Positions 44,626 to 54,305 of a DNA stretch of 64,000 bases are shown here, in pieces (the first letter of the stretch is position 1; the number at the start of each line of letters is the position of its first letter). Origin of the DNA: Anaerolineales bacterium (lineage in GTDB: Bacteria > Chloroflexota > Anaerolineae > Anaerolineales > UBA4823); the NCBI GenBank assembly GCA_025057645.1, contig JANXBJ010000001.1:180357-244356 (forward strand), read 5' to 3'. Both the position numbers and the translations under genes were made by a program. The notes under the pieces were generated by a model. The model had not been told where the DNA came from. It saw nothing but the letters and a program-made list of their open reading frames with translations, and did no database searches.

Positions 44626-47343
44626 TCACTCTAAAGAGGCAATGGGAATCGTGAAATAGAATGTGGTCCCGACGCCCAATTGGCTCTCAAACCAGATCCG
44701 CCCCCCTTGGATTTCAACCAAGTGTTTGGTGATGCTTAGTCCAAGCCCTGTTCCGGGGTTTTCACGTACCTTTGGATCTTCTGAGCGGAAAAATTTCTGA
44801 AAGATTTTGGGCTGGTCCTCGGCCGAGATTCCGACCCCGTGATCACGAATCGCAGACAGGACAGCCTGGTGGATGCTTTGACCTTCTCGGCTGGTAATTA
44901 GAGTGCAGTTGACTTCAATAGTGGACTGGGAAGGGGAATACTTGATTGCATTGCTGAGGAGGTTGTTATAAATCTGAATTAAGCGATGCCGATCACACCA
45001 TACTGGCGGTAAATCGTTGGGGACATGCAAGAGGAGGGTTTGTTTCTTTTCTTCCAGCTGGGTGCTTAGAGTGCGAATGACCTCTTGAAGGACATCGTGG
45101 ATTGGTGTAGCCTCAAATTGAAGGGATAGCTTTCCGGCTTCAATACGAGATATATCGGCCAAGTCAGAGACTAAATTGGCCATTCGGTTGACATTAGCGC
45201 GTATCGTAGCTAGGAAGTTGGCTTGAAGTTCGTTAATTGGGCCCACTGCGCCCTGAGCGATCAGATCGGCATATCCCTTAATCGCCGTCATTGGGGTTTT
45301 TAGCTCATGAGAGACCAAGGAGACAAATTCGCTCTTTGCGCTGTTCGCTTGTTGTACTTCTGAGTACAGAATTGCGTTGGACAAAGCGATAGCGGCGTGC
45401 GAGCACAATCTGGTGAGGAAAGATTGCAAATCGGGAGTGAGAAAATTCCATCGGGAGCTTTCCAAGATGAGCAGAGCAAGGGTTTGTGCTTCTCTAACTA
45501 GAGGAAAAATTGCCGATTGCTGTCCTTGTTCAAGGAAGAGGTTTTGCTCAAGCACCAAGGGTCCAGAGATTGGGGTTTCAAAAGGCAGCTGCTTTATTGG
45601 GATAGGGAGGGGTTGAGCATAACCGACAGCGTGGACGGGGTAAAAGCCGTCCTTCTTTACTAAACCAATGGTGCCTGCTTCGGCTTTTGACTGCCGAAAT
45701 GCATAACTCAAGGTAATGTTCAGAGTGCGCTCGATATCTAGGCTGGCATTCAATTCTCGGTCGATCCGCTGTAAAGTGTCTAGTTCCGTTAGACGGAGCT
45801 GTAAAGCTTGATCAGTCTGGGCGTATTTGAGAGCATTGGCAAGGGCAATCGAAACTTGATGCCCGAGGGTAACGATCAGCTCTTGATCTTCCGGAGCGAA
45901 GGGAGAGACTTCCGAATGGCTGGTCAAAAGCAAAAGCCCAATCGGGCGTTTTTCGATGAATAGGGGATTGATGAGCACCTGTTTCGGTGCGGTTTCATTG
46001 GTAAGGGGTGCAAGCTTTGCAAAGGTCACCGTGCCCAAGTGCATTGCCTCTTGAATGAAGGGGGAAAGGCGAGCATCCAGCTCGGTTTTCTGTAGGCCCT
46101 GTGGGGTAGGACGCAAAAAATTCTCACCGGTCTCGTCAAGGATGAGCGCTTGCCATTCATCGCAGGAGATAAGCTCAGGGCCTTGTCTTTGAATTACATC
46201 GAGGATAGTTTCGAGTTCGAGGGTAGCAGTCAAGCTGCGCCCGATTTCATTGAGGATCGTCATCCGGCGAGCCTGAGTTTGGGTCGCTTTGAGCAACCTT
46301 GCTTTTACGATCGCTGCGGCTGTCTGATCCGCAATCGCTCGGAGAAACTGAAGTTGTTTGGGAGTATAGATCACCGCCATCGAGCGATGGCCGAGGCTGA
46401 GCGCTCCTAGGGTCTCTGTCCCAGAAATCAGGGGCACGCCCATCCACGCTTGGATTTGCCGATACCTAGGTCGGATGCCGTTGAGGCGCGCTGTTTGAGT
46501 GTAATCATTGGTTTGCAGTGGTTTGGCTGTTTGAAGGACAATTTTTTCTAGGTATTCATCTAGCTCCAGCGGGATGTTCTCTATGCTAAATTGGCGTTCT
46601 CCATCTTCAACCACAAAGAGAAAGCTGAAAGAGTGAGTTTTTGGGTCATAAGCTGACAACCAAAAATCCGTGAGCGGGAGGATACTTTCGGTTTGAGCGA
46701 AAATCAGCTCGAGCAGGTCGTCAAAGTGCAGAGTCACATTAATTCCCTGCGCCAGTCTGTTGAGGGCTTCCATCTGCTGCATTTGGCGCTCAATTTCGTC
46801 TCTCTCGAGCAGGTAGCGGATGAGGAGAAAAGAAAGGCGGCAAATTTCCTCCATGAAGAGGGAGTCTTCCCCGGTATATTTCATCTTTCCCAAGGGACGA
46901 CCTAAACCGACAAAACCGACTAGACGCTTTGCATTTTGCAGAGGAAAGCAGGCATAGAGTTCAAGCAGAGCTAGTTTGGCTTGGTCGCCCTGAGATAACT
47001 GGAGGAGTGTCTCGGCTGAGTCTAAAATGAGGGGTTTTCCTTTGTTCCTCAATAAAGTTATCAATGGAGAGCTCTCGGCGAACGATATCTCGCCGAAGGT
47101 GGAGTGATCTGGGGAAAAGAGGAGATAGCTTTGGGCATCGCTGTTGCTGAGGAAGAGGTAAAATAGTCGTGGTGCAACTGTGTCCTTGAGCGTTTTCTCA
47201 AGGAGGCGATAGTAATCCGGTAAGCTATCTACATGCACCAGAGAGGCAGAAAATTCTCGAAGATGCCGGGGATATTTCTCGGCGGTGGGAGGTGAGAAAA
47301 GCTTAAGGCTAATTGGCTCGAAAACCTTGTCCCTCATCGTCAA
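44626..47343 (-). CDS. Cytoplasmic multi-GAF sensor histidine kinase
   Basis: No TM segment. About four GAF-like modules. HisKA SHELKTPMTAIKGY. HATPase N-box NLLSNAIKYS, G1 DHGVGI, G2 GTGLGLSI. Confidence 0.9.
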   Translation of the reverse strand: MTMRDKVFEPISLKLFSPPTAEKYPRHLREFSASLVHVDSLPDYYRLLEKTLKDTVAPRLFYLFLSNSDAQSYLLFSPDHSTFGEISFAESSPLITLLRNKGKPLILDSAETLLQLSQGDQAKLALLELYACFPLQNAKRLVGFVGLGRPLGKMKYTGEDSLFMEEICRLSFLLIRYLLERDEIERQMQQMEALNRLAQGINVTLHFDDLLELIFAQTESILPLTDFWLSAYDPKTHSFSFLFVVEDGERQFSIENIPLELDEYLEKIVLQTAKPLQTNDYTQTARLNGIRPRYRQIQAWMGVPLISGTETLGALSLGHRSMAVIYTPKQLQFLRAIADQTAAAIVKARLLKATQTQARRMTILNEIGRSLTATLELETILDVIQRQGPELISCDEWQALILDETGENFLRPTPQGLQKTELDARLSPFIQEAMHLGTVTFAKLAPLTNETAPKQVLINPLFIEKRPIGLLLLTSHSEVSPFAPEDQELIVTLGHQVSIALANALKYAQTDQALQLRLTELDTLQRIDRELNASLDIERTLNITLSYAFRQSKAEAGTIGLVKKDGFYPVHAVGYAQPLPIPIKQLPFETPISGPLVLEQNLFLEQGQQSAIFPLVREAQTLALLILESSRWNFLTPDLQSFLTRLCSHAAIALSNAILYSEVQQANSAKSEFVSLVSHELKTPMTAIKGYADLIAQGAVGPINELQANFLATIRANVNRMANLVSDLADISRIEAGKLSLQFEATPIHDVLQEVIRTLSTQLEEKKQTLLLHVPNDLPPVWCDRHRLIQIYNNLLSNAIKYSPSQSTIEVNCTLITSREGQSIHQAVLSAIRDHGVGISAEDQPKIFQKFFRSEDPKVRENPGTGLGLSITKHLVEIQGGRIWFESQLGVGTTFYFTIPIASLE

Positions 47344-47396
47344 GCCTAACTGTGTCCCTGGGCCTTAAGATACCATAAAACTCATCTTCAACGACT

Positions 47397-47425
47397 TTCA
47401 AAACGGCAAGCCAAAACAGTATAAT
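47397..47425 (+). promoter_or_regulatory. Candidate sigma-70 promoter (TTCAAA-17-TATAAT) upstream of trxB
   Basis: TTCAAA at 47397..47402, 17-nt spacer, TATAAT at 47420..47425. Confidence 0.4.
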
Positions 47426-47515
47426 ACAGCTTGAGATTTTCCCAAGATTGTAACACTTTTAGGAAAATGACATCTAATTCTGTGCAATATTCCACTTTAC
47501 AGAAAGGATTGTAGA

Positions 47516-48508
47516 ATGAAGATCAGCTTGAGTGGCGTGTCACCCCTGTCTTCTGGAGCAGGAATAGAATCTGAACACGTACGAGTTCTGATTCTTGGTT
47601 CTGGCCCGGCAGGGTTGTCGGCTGCACTTTATGCAGCACGAGCCGATCTCAATCCGGTTGTGCTTGCCGGAATGGAGATGGGAGGGCAAGTGGCGTTGAC
47701 ATACACTGTCGAGAATTACCCTGGTTTTCCAGAGGGTGTTGGCGGGCAAGAGTTGGTGGAGTTGTTCCAAAAGCAAGCCGAACGCTTTGGGGCTCGGATC
47801 GACTTTGACCTTGCACTTGAAGTCAATCTGAGAGAACGCCCCTTCGTGATCAAGGCCTATTCCAAAACGTATTTAGCAGATACCCTCATTATTGCTACCG
47901 GGGCCACTCCAAACCACCTGAATGTCCCGGGCGAAAAGGAGCTCACCGGGAAGGGAGTCTCTTACTGTGCCACTTGTGATGGATGGTTTTTCAAGGACAA
48001 GGACGTGGTTGTGGTCGGTGGTGGTGATTCTGCGCTGGAGGAGGGAATCTTCCTAACGCGCTATGCAAGGAGCGTTGCGATTGTGCACCGACGCGATACG
48101 CTGCGCGCAGGGGCAATTTTGCAAAAACGGGCTAGGGAAAACTCGAAGATTTCTTTCCTCTTCAATACGATTGTGACCGAGATCATTGGGCAAGATGCTG
48201 TCAGACAAGTTCGCTTGAGGAACGTGCAAACAGGCGAAGAGTGGCTGAGAGATACGGACGGAGTGTTTATTTTCATCGGTCATTCGCCTAACACTCAGCT
48301 TTTCGAAGGCCAGCTTGAGATGGACGCTAATCGCTATCTCATTGTTGACCGCCTCATGCAGACCAATATTCCTGGGGTCTTTGCCGCTGGGGAAGCAGCC
48401 GATCCGTATTTTCGGCAGGTGATCACTTCGGCGGGTATGGGGGCGGCTGCTGCGATGCGGGCAATCCATTACTTGCAGGAGCGCAGTGCCGAGAAAGTGA
48501 GCGCCTAG
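47516..48508 (+). CDS. trxB: Thioredoxin-disulfide reductase
   Basis: GSGPAGLSAALYA FAD motif, redox-active CATCDG, NADPH motif GGGDSALEEG. The N-terminal ~20 aa are uncertain. Confidence 0.93.
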   Translation: MKISLSGVSPLSSGAGIESEHVRVLILGSGPAGLSAALYAARADLNPVVLAGMEMGGQVALTYTVENYPGFPEGVGGQELVELFQKQAERFGARIDFDLALEVNLRERPFVIKAYSKTYLADTLIIATGATPNHLNVPGEKELTGKGVSYCATCDGWFFKDKDVVVVGGGDSALEEGIFLTRYARSVAIVHRRDTLRAGAILQKRARENSKISFLFNTIVTEIIGQDAVRQVRLRNVQTGEEWLRDTDGVFIFIGHSPNTQLFEGQLEMDANRYLIVDRLMQTNIPGVFAAGEAADPYFRQVITSAGMGAAAAMRAIHYLQERSAEKVSA

Positions 48509-48526
48509 GTTAGCGGAGAGGCTGAG

Positions 48527-49453
48527 ATGCGAGCCAAAGTTTCAATTATTGGCGCCGGCAACACTGGTGCAACGACAGCGCACTGGTTGGCAGAGTTAGC
48601 GATTGCCGATCTGGTGCTGATCGACATTGTGGAAGGTTTGGCTCAAGGAAAGGCCTTAGATTTGCAGCAAGCCATGCCGGTGCTCGGCCGCGATATCAAG
48701 ATTCGCGGCGGCACAGAGTATGAGCTCACTGCTGGCTCTGATGTGATCGTGATCACTGCCGGGCTGCCACGCAAACCGGGTATGAGCCGCGACGATCTCT
48801 TGGCTGCTAACGCAGAAATTGTGCGTCAGGCCGCGCTGAATACGCTTCGCTACTCCCCTGAAGCGATCTACATTGTCCTAACCAACCCCTTAGATGTTAT
48901 GACCTACCTCGTGATGAAGGTCACCGGCCTGGCACCCCATCGCGTTTTTGGCCAGGCGGGAATTTTGGACTCTACGCGGATGGCAACCTTTGTGGCCGAG
49001 GAACTAGGGGTGAGTGTTGAGAACGTCCACTGTTACGTGTTGGGGGGGCATGGGGATGAAATGGTACCGCTGACTGCAATTTCAAACGTGGCCGGAGTCC
49101 CCCTTAATCAGATTTTGCCGCAGGAAAAGTTAGAAGCAATTGTCGAGAGAACCCGAAAGGGAGGAGGGGAGATTGTCAGTTTATTGAAGGTGGGGAGCGC
49201 TTATTATGCTCCGGGCATTGCCGTAGCCAAGATGGTTGAGGCGGTTTTACGAGATAGACATCTGATTGCGCCGGTGTCGGCCTACTTGCGAGGCGAGTAT
49301 GGGTTGCACGACCTTTATTTCGGCGTTCCGGCGCAGTTGGGGAGGAGTGGAGTGGAAAAAGTCATCGAGTACCCCTTGACCGAAAGCGAGAAGGAAGCCT
49401 TGAAGAGATCTGCTGCGAGTGTGGCAGAGAATATTGCCAAGCTAAAATTTTGA
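48527..49453 (+). CDS. mdh: Malate dehydrogenase (LDH-like family)
   Basis: IIGAGNTGATTA Rossmann motif, substrate-specificity GLPRKPGMSRDDL, catalytic GGHGD. Confidence 0.95.
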   Translation: MRAKVSIIGAGNTGATTAHWLAELAIADLVLIDIVEGLAQGKALDLQQAMPVLGRDIKIRGGTEYELTAGSDVIVITAGLPRKPGMSRDDLLAANAEIVRQAALNTLRYSPEAIYIVLTNPLDVMTYLVMKVTGLAPHRVFGQAGILDSTRMATFVAEELGVSVENVHCYVLGGHGDEMVPLTAISNVAGVPLNQILPQEKLEAIVERTRKGGGEIVSLLKVGSAYYAPGIAVAKMVEAVLRDRHLIAPVSAYLRGEYGLHDLYFGVPAQLGRSGVEKVIEYPLTESEKEALKRSAASVAENIAKLKF

Positions 49454-49470
49454 CAGCCTCGGAGATACCT

Positions 49471-50850
49471 ATGAACCTGAGAAAGCACATCGAAGACCAA
49501 CTCCCCGGTTGGCGAGCCCGCCTAAAGCGATTGATTACCCAATACGGTCGAGTCAAAGTAGCCGAAATCAACGTTGCCCAAATTCTGGGTGGCATTCGGG
49601 ATGTAAAGGCACTAGTAACCGATATCTCCTGTGTCGATCCCTATCAGGGAATTCGCCTGAGGGGGTATACAATCCCCGAGTTATTGCAGCTCCTGCCAAA
49701 GCCCCCAGGCGCTGAAATGCCCTTGTTGGGCGGACTTTATTTCTTACTCCTGGTTGGCCGTATCCCGACCTTTGAAGAAGCAATGGAGGTCGAAGGGGAG
49801 TGGAAGAAACGGCAAGAGGTACCAGCGTATGTATATGATGTGGTCCGTGCCCTGCCTAGGGATACGAGCGCAATGGCTTTGTTTTCGCTGGCGGTTTTGG
49901 CGATGGAACGGGAATCGAAATTCACAAGGGAGTATGGCCGCGGCCTAAAGAAAGAAGATTATTGGATCCCCACCTTAGAAGATAGCCTAGACCTCACTGC
50001 ACGGGCGCCGGCAATCGCAGCCTTTATCTATAACTACAAGTTCCGCGAGGGGCAAGTGGTACCCCCGAAACCTGAACTGGATTGGGCAGCTAACTTTGGT
50101 TATATGATCGGAATAGAAAACGAGGAATACTATGAGCTGGCTCGTCTATATTTCGTGATTCACTCTGATCATGAGAGCGGCAATGTAAGCGCTCACACCA
50201 CCTACCTTGTTTCCTCTGCGCTTTCAGACGTATACTATGCGGTTTCGGCTGGGCTCAACGGTCTAGCCGGCCCGTTGCATGGACGAGCTAATCAGGAGGC
50301 CATGGAGTGGCTTCTAGAAGTTTATGAGAAATATCAAGGTGTCCCGACTAAGGAGCAACTTACCGAGTATGCCTGGGAGACACTCAACGCGGGAAAGGTG
50401 ATCCCGGGTTATGGGCATGCCATTTTGCGCATTACCGACCCTCGCTTTACCGCTCAGCTTGAGTTTGGAGAAAAAGTGATGGCAAATTATGATTTGTTTC
50501 GCCTGGCCAAGTTGGTATATGAGACAGTCCCGGAGGTGTTGAAGCAACAAGGGAAAGCAAAGGATCCTTGGCCAAATGTAGATGCTATTAGTGGAGTACT
50601 TCAGAGGTACTACGGGGTTATGGACAGTAAAGACGGCGACTCCGGTGGGTTCTACACGGTTCTCTTCGGCGTAAGCCGAATTTTGGGGGTAACTGCAAAC
50701 ACCGTTTGGGCGAGGGCGTTAGGAGCTCCAATTGAGCGCCCGAAATCGGTTACAACACGCATGCTTGAGAAGATCGTTGCCGAACAGACAGGGGCTGAAT
50801 TTCCTCTCGATGAGGCCTCTGTCTATGACCGGGGGTGTGGAGAGCTCTAG
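49471..50850 (+). CDS. gltA: Citrate synthase
   Basis: ATG 49471 preceded by GGAGA. VIHSDHESGNVS and PGYGHAILRITDPR catalytic His contexts. Confidence 0.93.
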   Translation: MNLRKHIEDQLPGWRARLKRLITQYGRVKVAEINVAQILGGIRDVKALVTDISCVDPYQGIRLRGYTIPELLQLLPKPPGAEMPLLGGLYFLLLVGRIPTFEEAMEVEGEWKKRQEVPAYVYDVVRALPRDTSAMALFSLAVLAMERESKFTREYGRGLKKEDYWIPTLEDSLDLTARAPAIAAFIYNYKFREGQVVPPKPELDWAANFGYMIGIENEEYYELARLYFVIHSDHESGNVSAHTTYLVSSALSDVYYAVSAGLNGLAGPLHGRANQEAMEWLLEVYEKYQGVPTKEQLTEYAWETLNAGKVIPGYGHAILRITDPRFTAQLEFGEKVMANYDLFRLAKLVYETVPEVLKQQGKAKDPWPNVDAISGVLQRYYGVMDSKDGDSGGFYTVLFGVSRILGVTANTVWARALGAPIERPKSVTTRMLEKIVAEQTGAEFPLDEASVYDRGCGEL

Positions 50851-50853
50851 TCG

Positions 50854-51999
50854 TTATGGCGCTGAGGTGGCAGGGAGTCCGCTCCAGGTAAAGACCCTTT
50901 GTTCGCTCTTTGCACCAGCCGGTTCCCATATGGGGTTACCACTGTCGTCTGTTCCTACCTGGCGAACTGTAGTGATCCACCAACGAATGACGTGGGGACG
51001 CGAATCAGTTGGACGGAAACTGGTTGGCACTATATATTTGGTATCCGTCACATAGTCGACGATCTTGCGCTCCCCTCCATCAGTGATATCGACAAGGTTG
51101 ACCTGATATGCTTCGTTCTCGCGCAGGATTCCAACCGATGCCCACTGAAGCGTGATGGTCTGATCGGCTAGCGTGAAGGGCGCACCGTCTTGAGGCAAGA
51201 GCAGGCTCGGAGGAGGGTAGGGAGGGGGAGGTGTGAAGGTAGGAGTCGGTCCGGGGGTGCCACGGCGCTCACAGAGAGGAATGATCAGTGGCTGACCGAA
51301 ACGAACGACATCGCTGACTAAACCATTATAAGATTTGAGTACTGCGATAGGGATGTTATAGTTAGCTGAGATCTTGCTCAAAGTATCGTTCTCTTGAACA
51401 ACGTATTCGATCTTCATGCAGGCTGCTTCGGTTGCCTCGGCAGGACTTAACGTCGCCGTGGGAAATGGCGTTGGAGTCGGCGTGGGATGAGGAATCAGGA
51501 GGGTCTGGCCGATATATAAGGTATCACAGGTTGCGGGGAGGTTGTTCAACAGCACAATGCTTTGAATAGAAACCCCGAAAGCAAAGGCAATCGAGGAGCA
51601 GGTATCCCCGGCAGCGACTTTATAGGTAAAGGGAGTGGGGCTAGGTAGGGGCGTCTCGGTTGCGGTTGGTGTGGGAGGCGTGGCTGTGAAGGTGGCTGTT
51701 GGAGTTGAGGTTAGCGTTGGGGTGGGGGTAGCTTGAGCAACTTGCCCACTTTGTTGGAAGGCTATATAGACTAAACCCGCTCCAATCGCAAGGAACAAAG
51801 CTAGAAAGCCGATGGCTGCGGGCAATGTCAAAGTGATCTCGGGCATCCGAGAGCCTTGAATGGGCTTCGCTTCGGCTGCTGATTTGAATTCAGGGTTTAG
51901 GGCGGTGCCGCAAACGAGACATCGTTGAGCATGTTGGGATAAGCGAGTGCCGCAGGTCGGACAAATGTACGCTGGTTTGGAAATTGTCTCGTTAGCCAT
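50854..51999 (-). CDS. Zinc-ribbon / TM / tandem LysM domain protein with an uncharacterised C-terminal domain
   Basis: CPTCGTRL...CLVCGT N-terminal zinc ribbon and one TM segment. Two LysM modules (YKVAAGDTCSSIAFAFGVSIQSIVLLNNL; YVVQENDTLSKISANYNIPIAVLKSYNGL) separated by PT linkers. Confidence 0.8.
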   Translation of the reverse strand: MANETISKPAYICPTCGTRLSQHAQRCLVCGTALNPEFKSAAEAKPIQGSRMPEITLTLPAAIGFLALFLAIGAGLVYIAFQQSGQVAQATPTPTLTSTPTATFTATPPTPTATETPLPSPTPFTYKVAAGDTCSSIAFAFGVSIQSIVLLNNLPATCDTLYIGQTLLIPHPTPTPTPFPTATLSPAEATEAACMKIEYVVQENDTLSKISANYNIPIAVLKSYNGLVSDVVRFGQPLIIPLCERRGTPGPTPTFTPPPPYPPPSLLLPQDGAPFTLADQTITLQWASVGILRENEAYQVNLVDITDGGERKIVDYVTDTKYIVPTSFRPTDSRPHVIRWWITTVRQVGTDDSGNPIWEPAGAKSEQRVFTWSGLPATSAP

Positions 52000-52099
52000 A
52001 TCCTCAATGTTAGTCTCTGGTCAGCGAGTGGGATTATACCAGCCTCTAAGTTTCCGTAAAGGGGGCAAAAATGAAAGCTAATGATATACTCATAGAGTC

Positions 52100-53287
52100 A
52101 TGGAGGTTAGCGTTTATATTCATTTTCCTTTTTGTGTTCGCCGGTGTCATTACTGCGATTTCAACACCTACGAGGGGATGGAGCACCTTATTTCCCCTTA
52201 CGTCGAGGCGCTGTGCAAGGAAATCGAGTTGCTCGGAAGAGCTCTTCCCGAAAGGTACTTGCACAGTGTCCATACGGTTTACTTCGGAGGGGGGACGCCC
52301 TCTCTGCTCTCTGTGTCGCATCTCCACAGGATACTAACCACGCTTGAATCCCACCTGGGTTTGGAAGCCAATGCTGAGATCAGCTTGGAGGCAAACCCAG
52401 GCACCTTGTCCATGGCGAAGATGCGGGCTTATGCGCAAATCGGGATTAACCGCCTCAGCCTAGGTTTTCAATCGGCGAATGAGGAGGAACTGCGGCTCTT
52501 AGGTCGTGCGCACACTCTCGAGGACGCCCTTAGAGCTGTGGAGTTTGCTCGCGTTGCCGGCATTGATAACCTTAACTTAGACCTCATCTACGGGTTACCT
52601 AGTCAGAGCCTCCGCAGTTGGGAGAACTCGCTGAAGGTTGCCCTCTCTCTAGGAGTCGAGCATCTCTCTCTGTATAGCCTGACCGTTGAGGAAGGGACTC
52701 TGTTGGACAGGTGGGTTCGATCCGGGGTTCTACCTTACCCGGAGGAAAATTTTGCGGCGGATTGTTATGAGTTAGCGCGGGAATTGCTCGCTAATGCTGG
52801 ATACCTCCATTATGAGATTTCCAATTGGGCATTGCTTCGTAGCGGGGAAGAGATACCAGTTTGTCGGCATAATCTTCAGTACTGGAAAAACCAAGAATAT
52901 TTTGGGTTAGGCGCTGGTGCACATGGCTTTCTGGGCGGCTATCGCCTGGCCAATGTATCTCACCCTCAACAATACATCGAGAGAATACGATCCGCCACCG
53001 TTTGTTCGTTTCCCTTTTCACCGGCCGTCCAAGAGTGCCACTGCGTCACTCCAGAGGAGGAAATGAGAGACACCGTCTTGCTAGGCTTGCGGCTTGTGCA
53101 CGAAGGGGTTGGAGAAGCGGACTTTTTCCGGCGCTTTGGGAAAAGCCTTCTTGAGGTCTTTCCGAAGGAAATTGCTCGCCTGACGAAAAAGGGGTTGGTG
53201 GAGTGGGTCGAAACGGATCAACGGAGGTTGAGGCTAACTCGTTTCGGCCAATTACTGGGCAATCAGGCTTTCGTGGAGTTTATCTAA
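52100..53287 (+). CDS. hemW: Radical SAM heme chaperone HemW (HemN-like, oxygen-independent coproporphyrinogen oxidase family)
   Basis: YIHFPFCVRRCHYCDF (CxxxCxxC), GGGTPS, HemN C-terminal domain. 395 aa. Confidence 0.9.
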   Translation: MEVSVYIHFPFCVRRCHYCDFNTYEGMEHLISPYVEALCKEIELLGRALPERYLHSVHTVYFGGGTPSLLSVSHLHRILTTLESHLGLEANAEISLEANPGTLSMAKMRAYAQIGINRLSLGFQSANEEELRLLGRAHTLEDALRAVEFARVAGIDNLNLDLIYGLPSQSLRSWENSLKVALSLGVEHLSLYSLTVEEGTLLDRWVRSGVLPYPEENFAADCYELARELLANAGYLHYEISNWALLRSGEEIPVCRHNLQYWKNQEYFGLGAGAHGFLGGYRLANVSHPQQYIERIRSATVCSFPFSPAVQECHCVTPEEEMRDTVLLGLRLVHEGVGEADFFRRFGKSLLEVFPKEIARLTKKGLVEWVETDQRRLRLTRFGQLLGNQAFVEFI

Positions 53288-53288
53288 A

Positions 53289-54305
53289 TCATTGGACTCT
53301 CTGGCTCATTTGGCGAGTCAGACTTGATAAGGCCTCGGCAGCGGGGCCACTCGGCTGCGCAGCAGAGAGTTCTGCCAGCGCAAGCTGTGTGAGACGTGTC
53401 GCCTCGGCCTGGGTGGCAGCACGGATGCCTTCCTCCTCTAGTTCCTGCGCTAGGGTGAGAACTTCTTCGGGTTGGATCTTCCCTTTTCGCCAGCGCTTTG
53501 CGAAGGCGCCATTGGATTGAAGGCCCAGAATGACCGGGTAGGTTTTCTTACCGCTGAGTAGGTCAGAGGAAGTGGATTTGCCGATTGTGGCTTCATCTCC
53601 CCAAATCCCCAAGAGGTCGTCGATGATTTGAAAAGCCAATCCGAGGGCTCTCCCGAATTCGCGGAAATGATGTTGTCGGACGGGATCGCAGTTGGCAATT
53701 AGCGACCCTAGGTGAGCACAGGCAGCAAATAGTGCTGCAGTCTTGCCCTCAATCATGACCTGATACTCTTCCAGCGAGATTTCAGCTCGAGATTCATAGG
53801 AGATATCTAGGAATTGGCCCTGAGTAAGCTGGAGACAAGTTTGCAGTAGGATTTGTGCAGCTTGCAAGACAAGGTCGGGAGAGAAAAACTCTGCTAGACG
53901 ATGGATTGTCAGGTGACTAATTGTAAATAGAGCGTCTCCTGCGTTGATCCCCTGAGGTATTCCCCATTTCGCCCAAATGGTCGGCCGCCCCCGACGATAC
54001 TCGCTGCGATCTTCGATATCGTCGTGGACCAAGGAGAAATTATGGACAAACTCCACAGCCGCAGCGGCCGGCAGGGCTTTTTGCCAGTCTCCTCCACTTG
54101 CAGCCGTACAAAGAAGCAAGATAAGGGGGCGAATTCGTTTCCCCGTGGCTTTCGCTCCAGCTCCTTCCCCCATCCATCCCATATGGTAAGCCAACATTTC
54201 GTAGTAGAGTTCGTAAGGTGCTACATGATAAGCATTAATCTCTCGGCGGAGCTCGGCTTCGAGAGCCTCTCTGAGGGTGTGGACAAGTACATCGGGTGTA
54301 TCCAT
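53289..54305 (-). CDS. Polyprenyl diphosphate synthase (trans-IPPS, GGPP/FPP synthase-like)
   Basis: First Asp-rich motif LVHDDIEDRSEYRRGRP and second IIDDLLGIWGD. Starts immediately after the fni stop. Confidence 0.9.
   Translation of the reverse strand: MDTPDVLVHTLREALEAELRREINAYHVAPYELYYEMLAYHMGWMGEGAGAKATGKRIRPLILLLCTAASGGDWQKALPAAAAVEFVHNFSLVHDDIEDRSEYRRGRPTIWAKWGIPQGINAGDALFTISHLTIHRLAEFFSPDLVLQAAQILLQTCLQLTQGQFLDISYESRAEISLEEYQVMIEGKTAALFAACAHLGSLIANCDPVRQHHFREFGRALGLAFQIIDDLLGIWGDEATIGKSTSSDLLSGKKTYPVILGLQSNGAFAKRWRKGKIQPEEVLTLAQELEEEGIRAATQAEATRLTQLALAELSAAQPSGPAAEALSSLTRQMSQRVQ

Noticed and set aside
48053-48469. 138-aa ORF antisense to trxB
   Set aside because: Opposite a complete TrxB with CATCDG and nucleotide-binding motifs.
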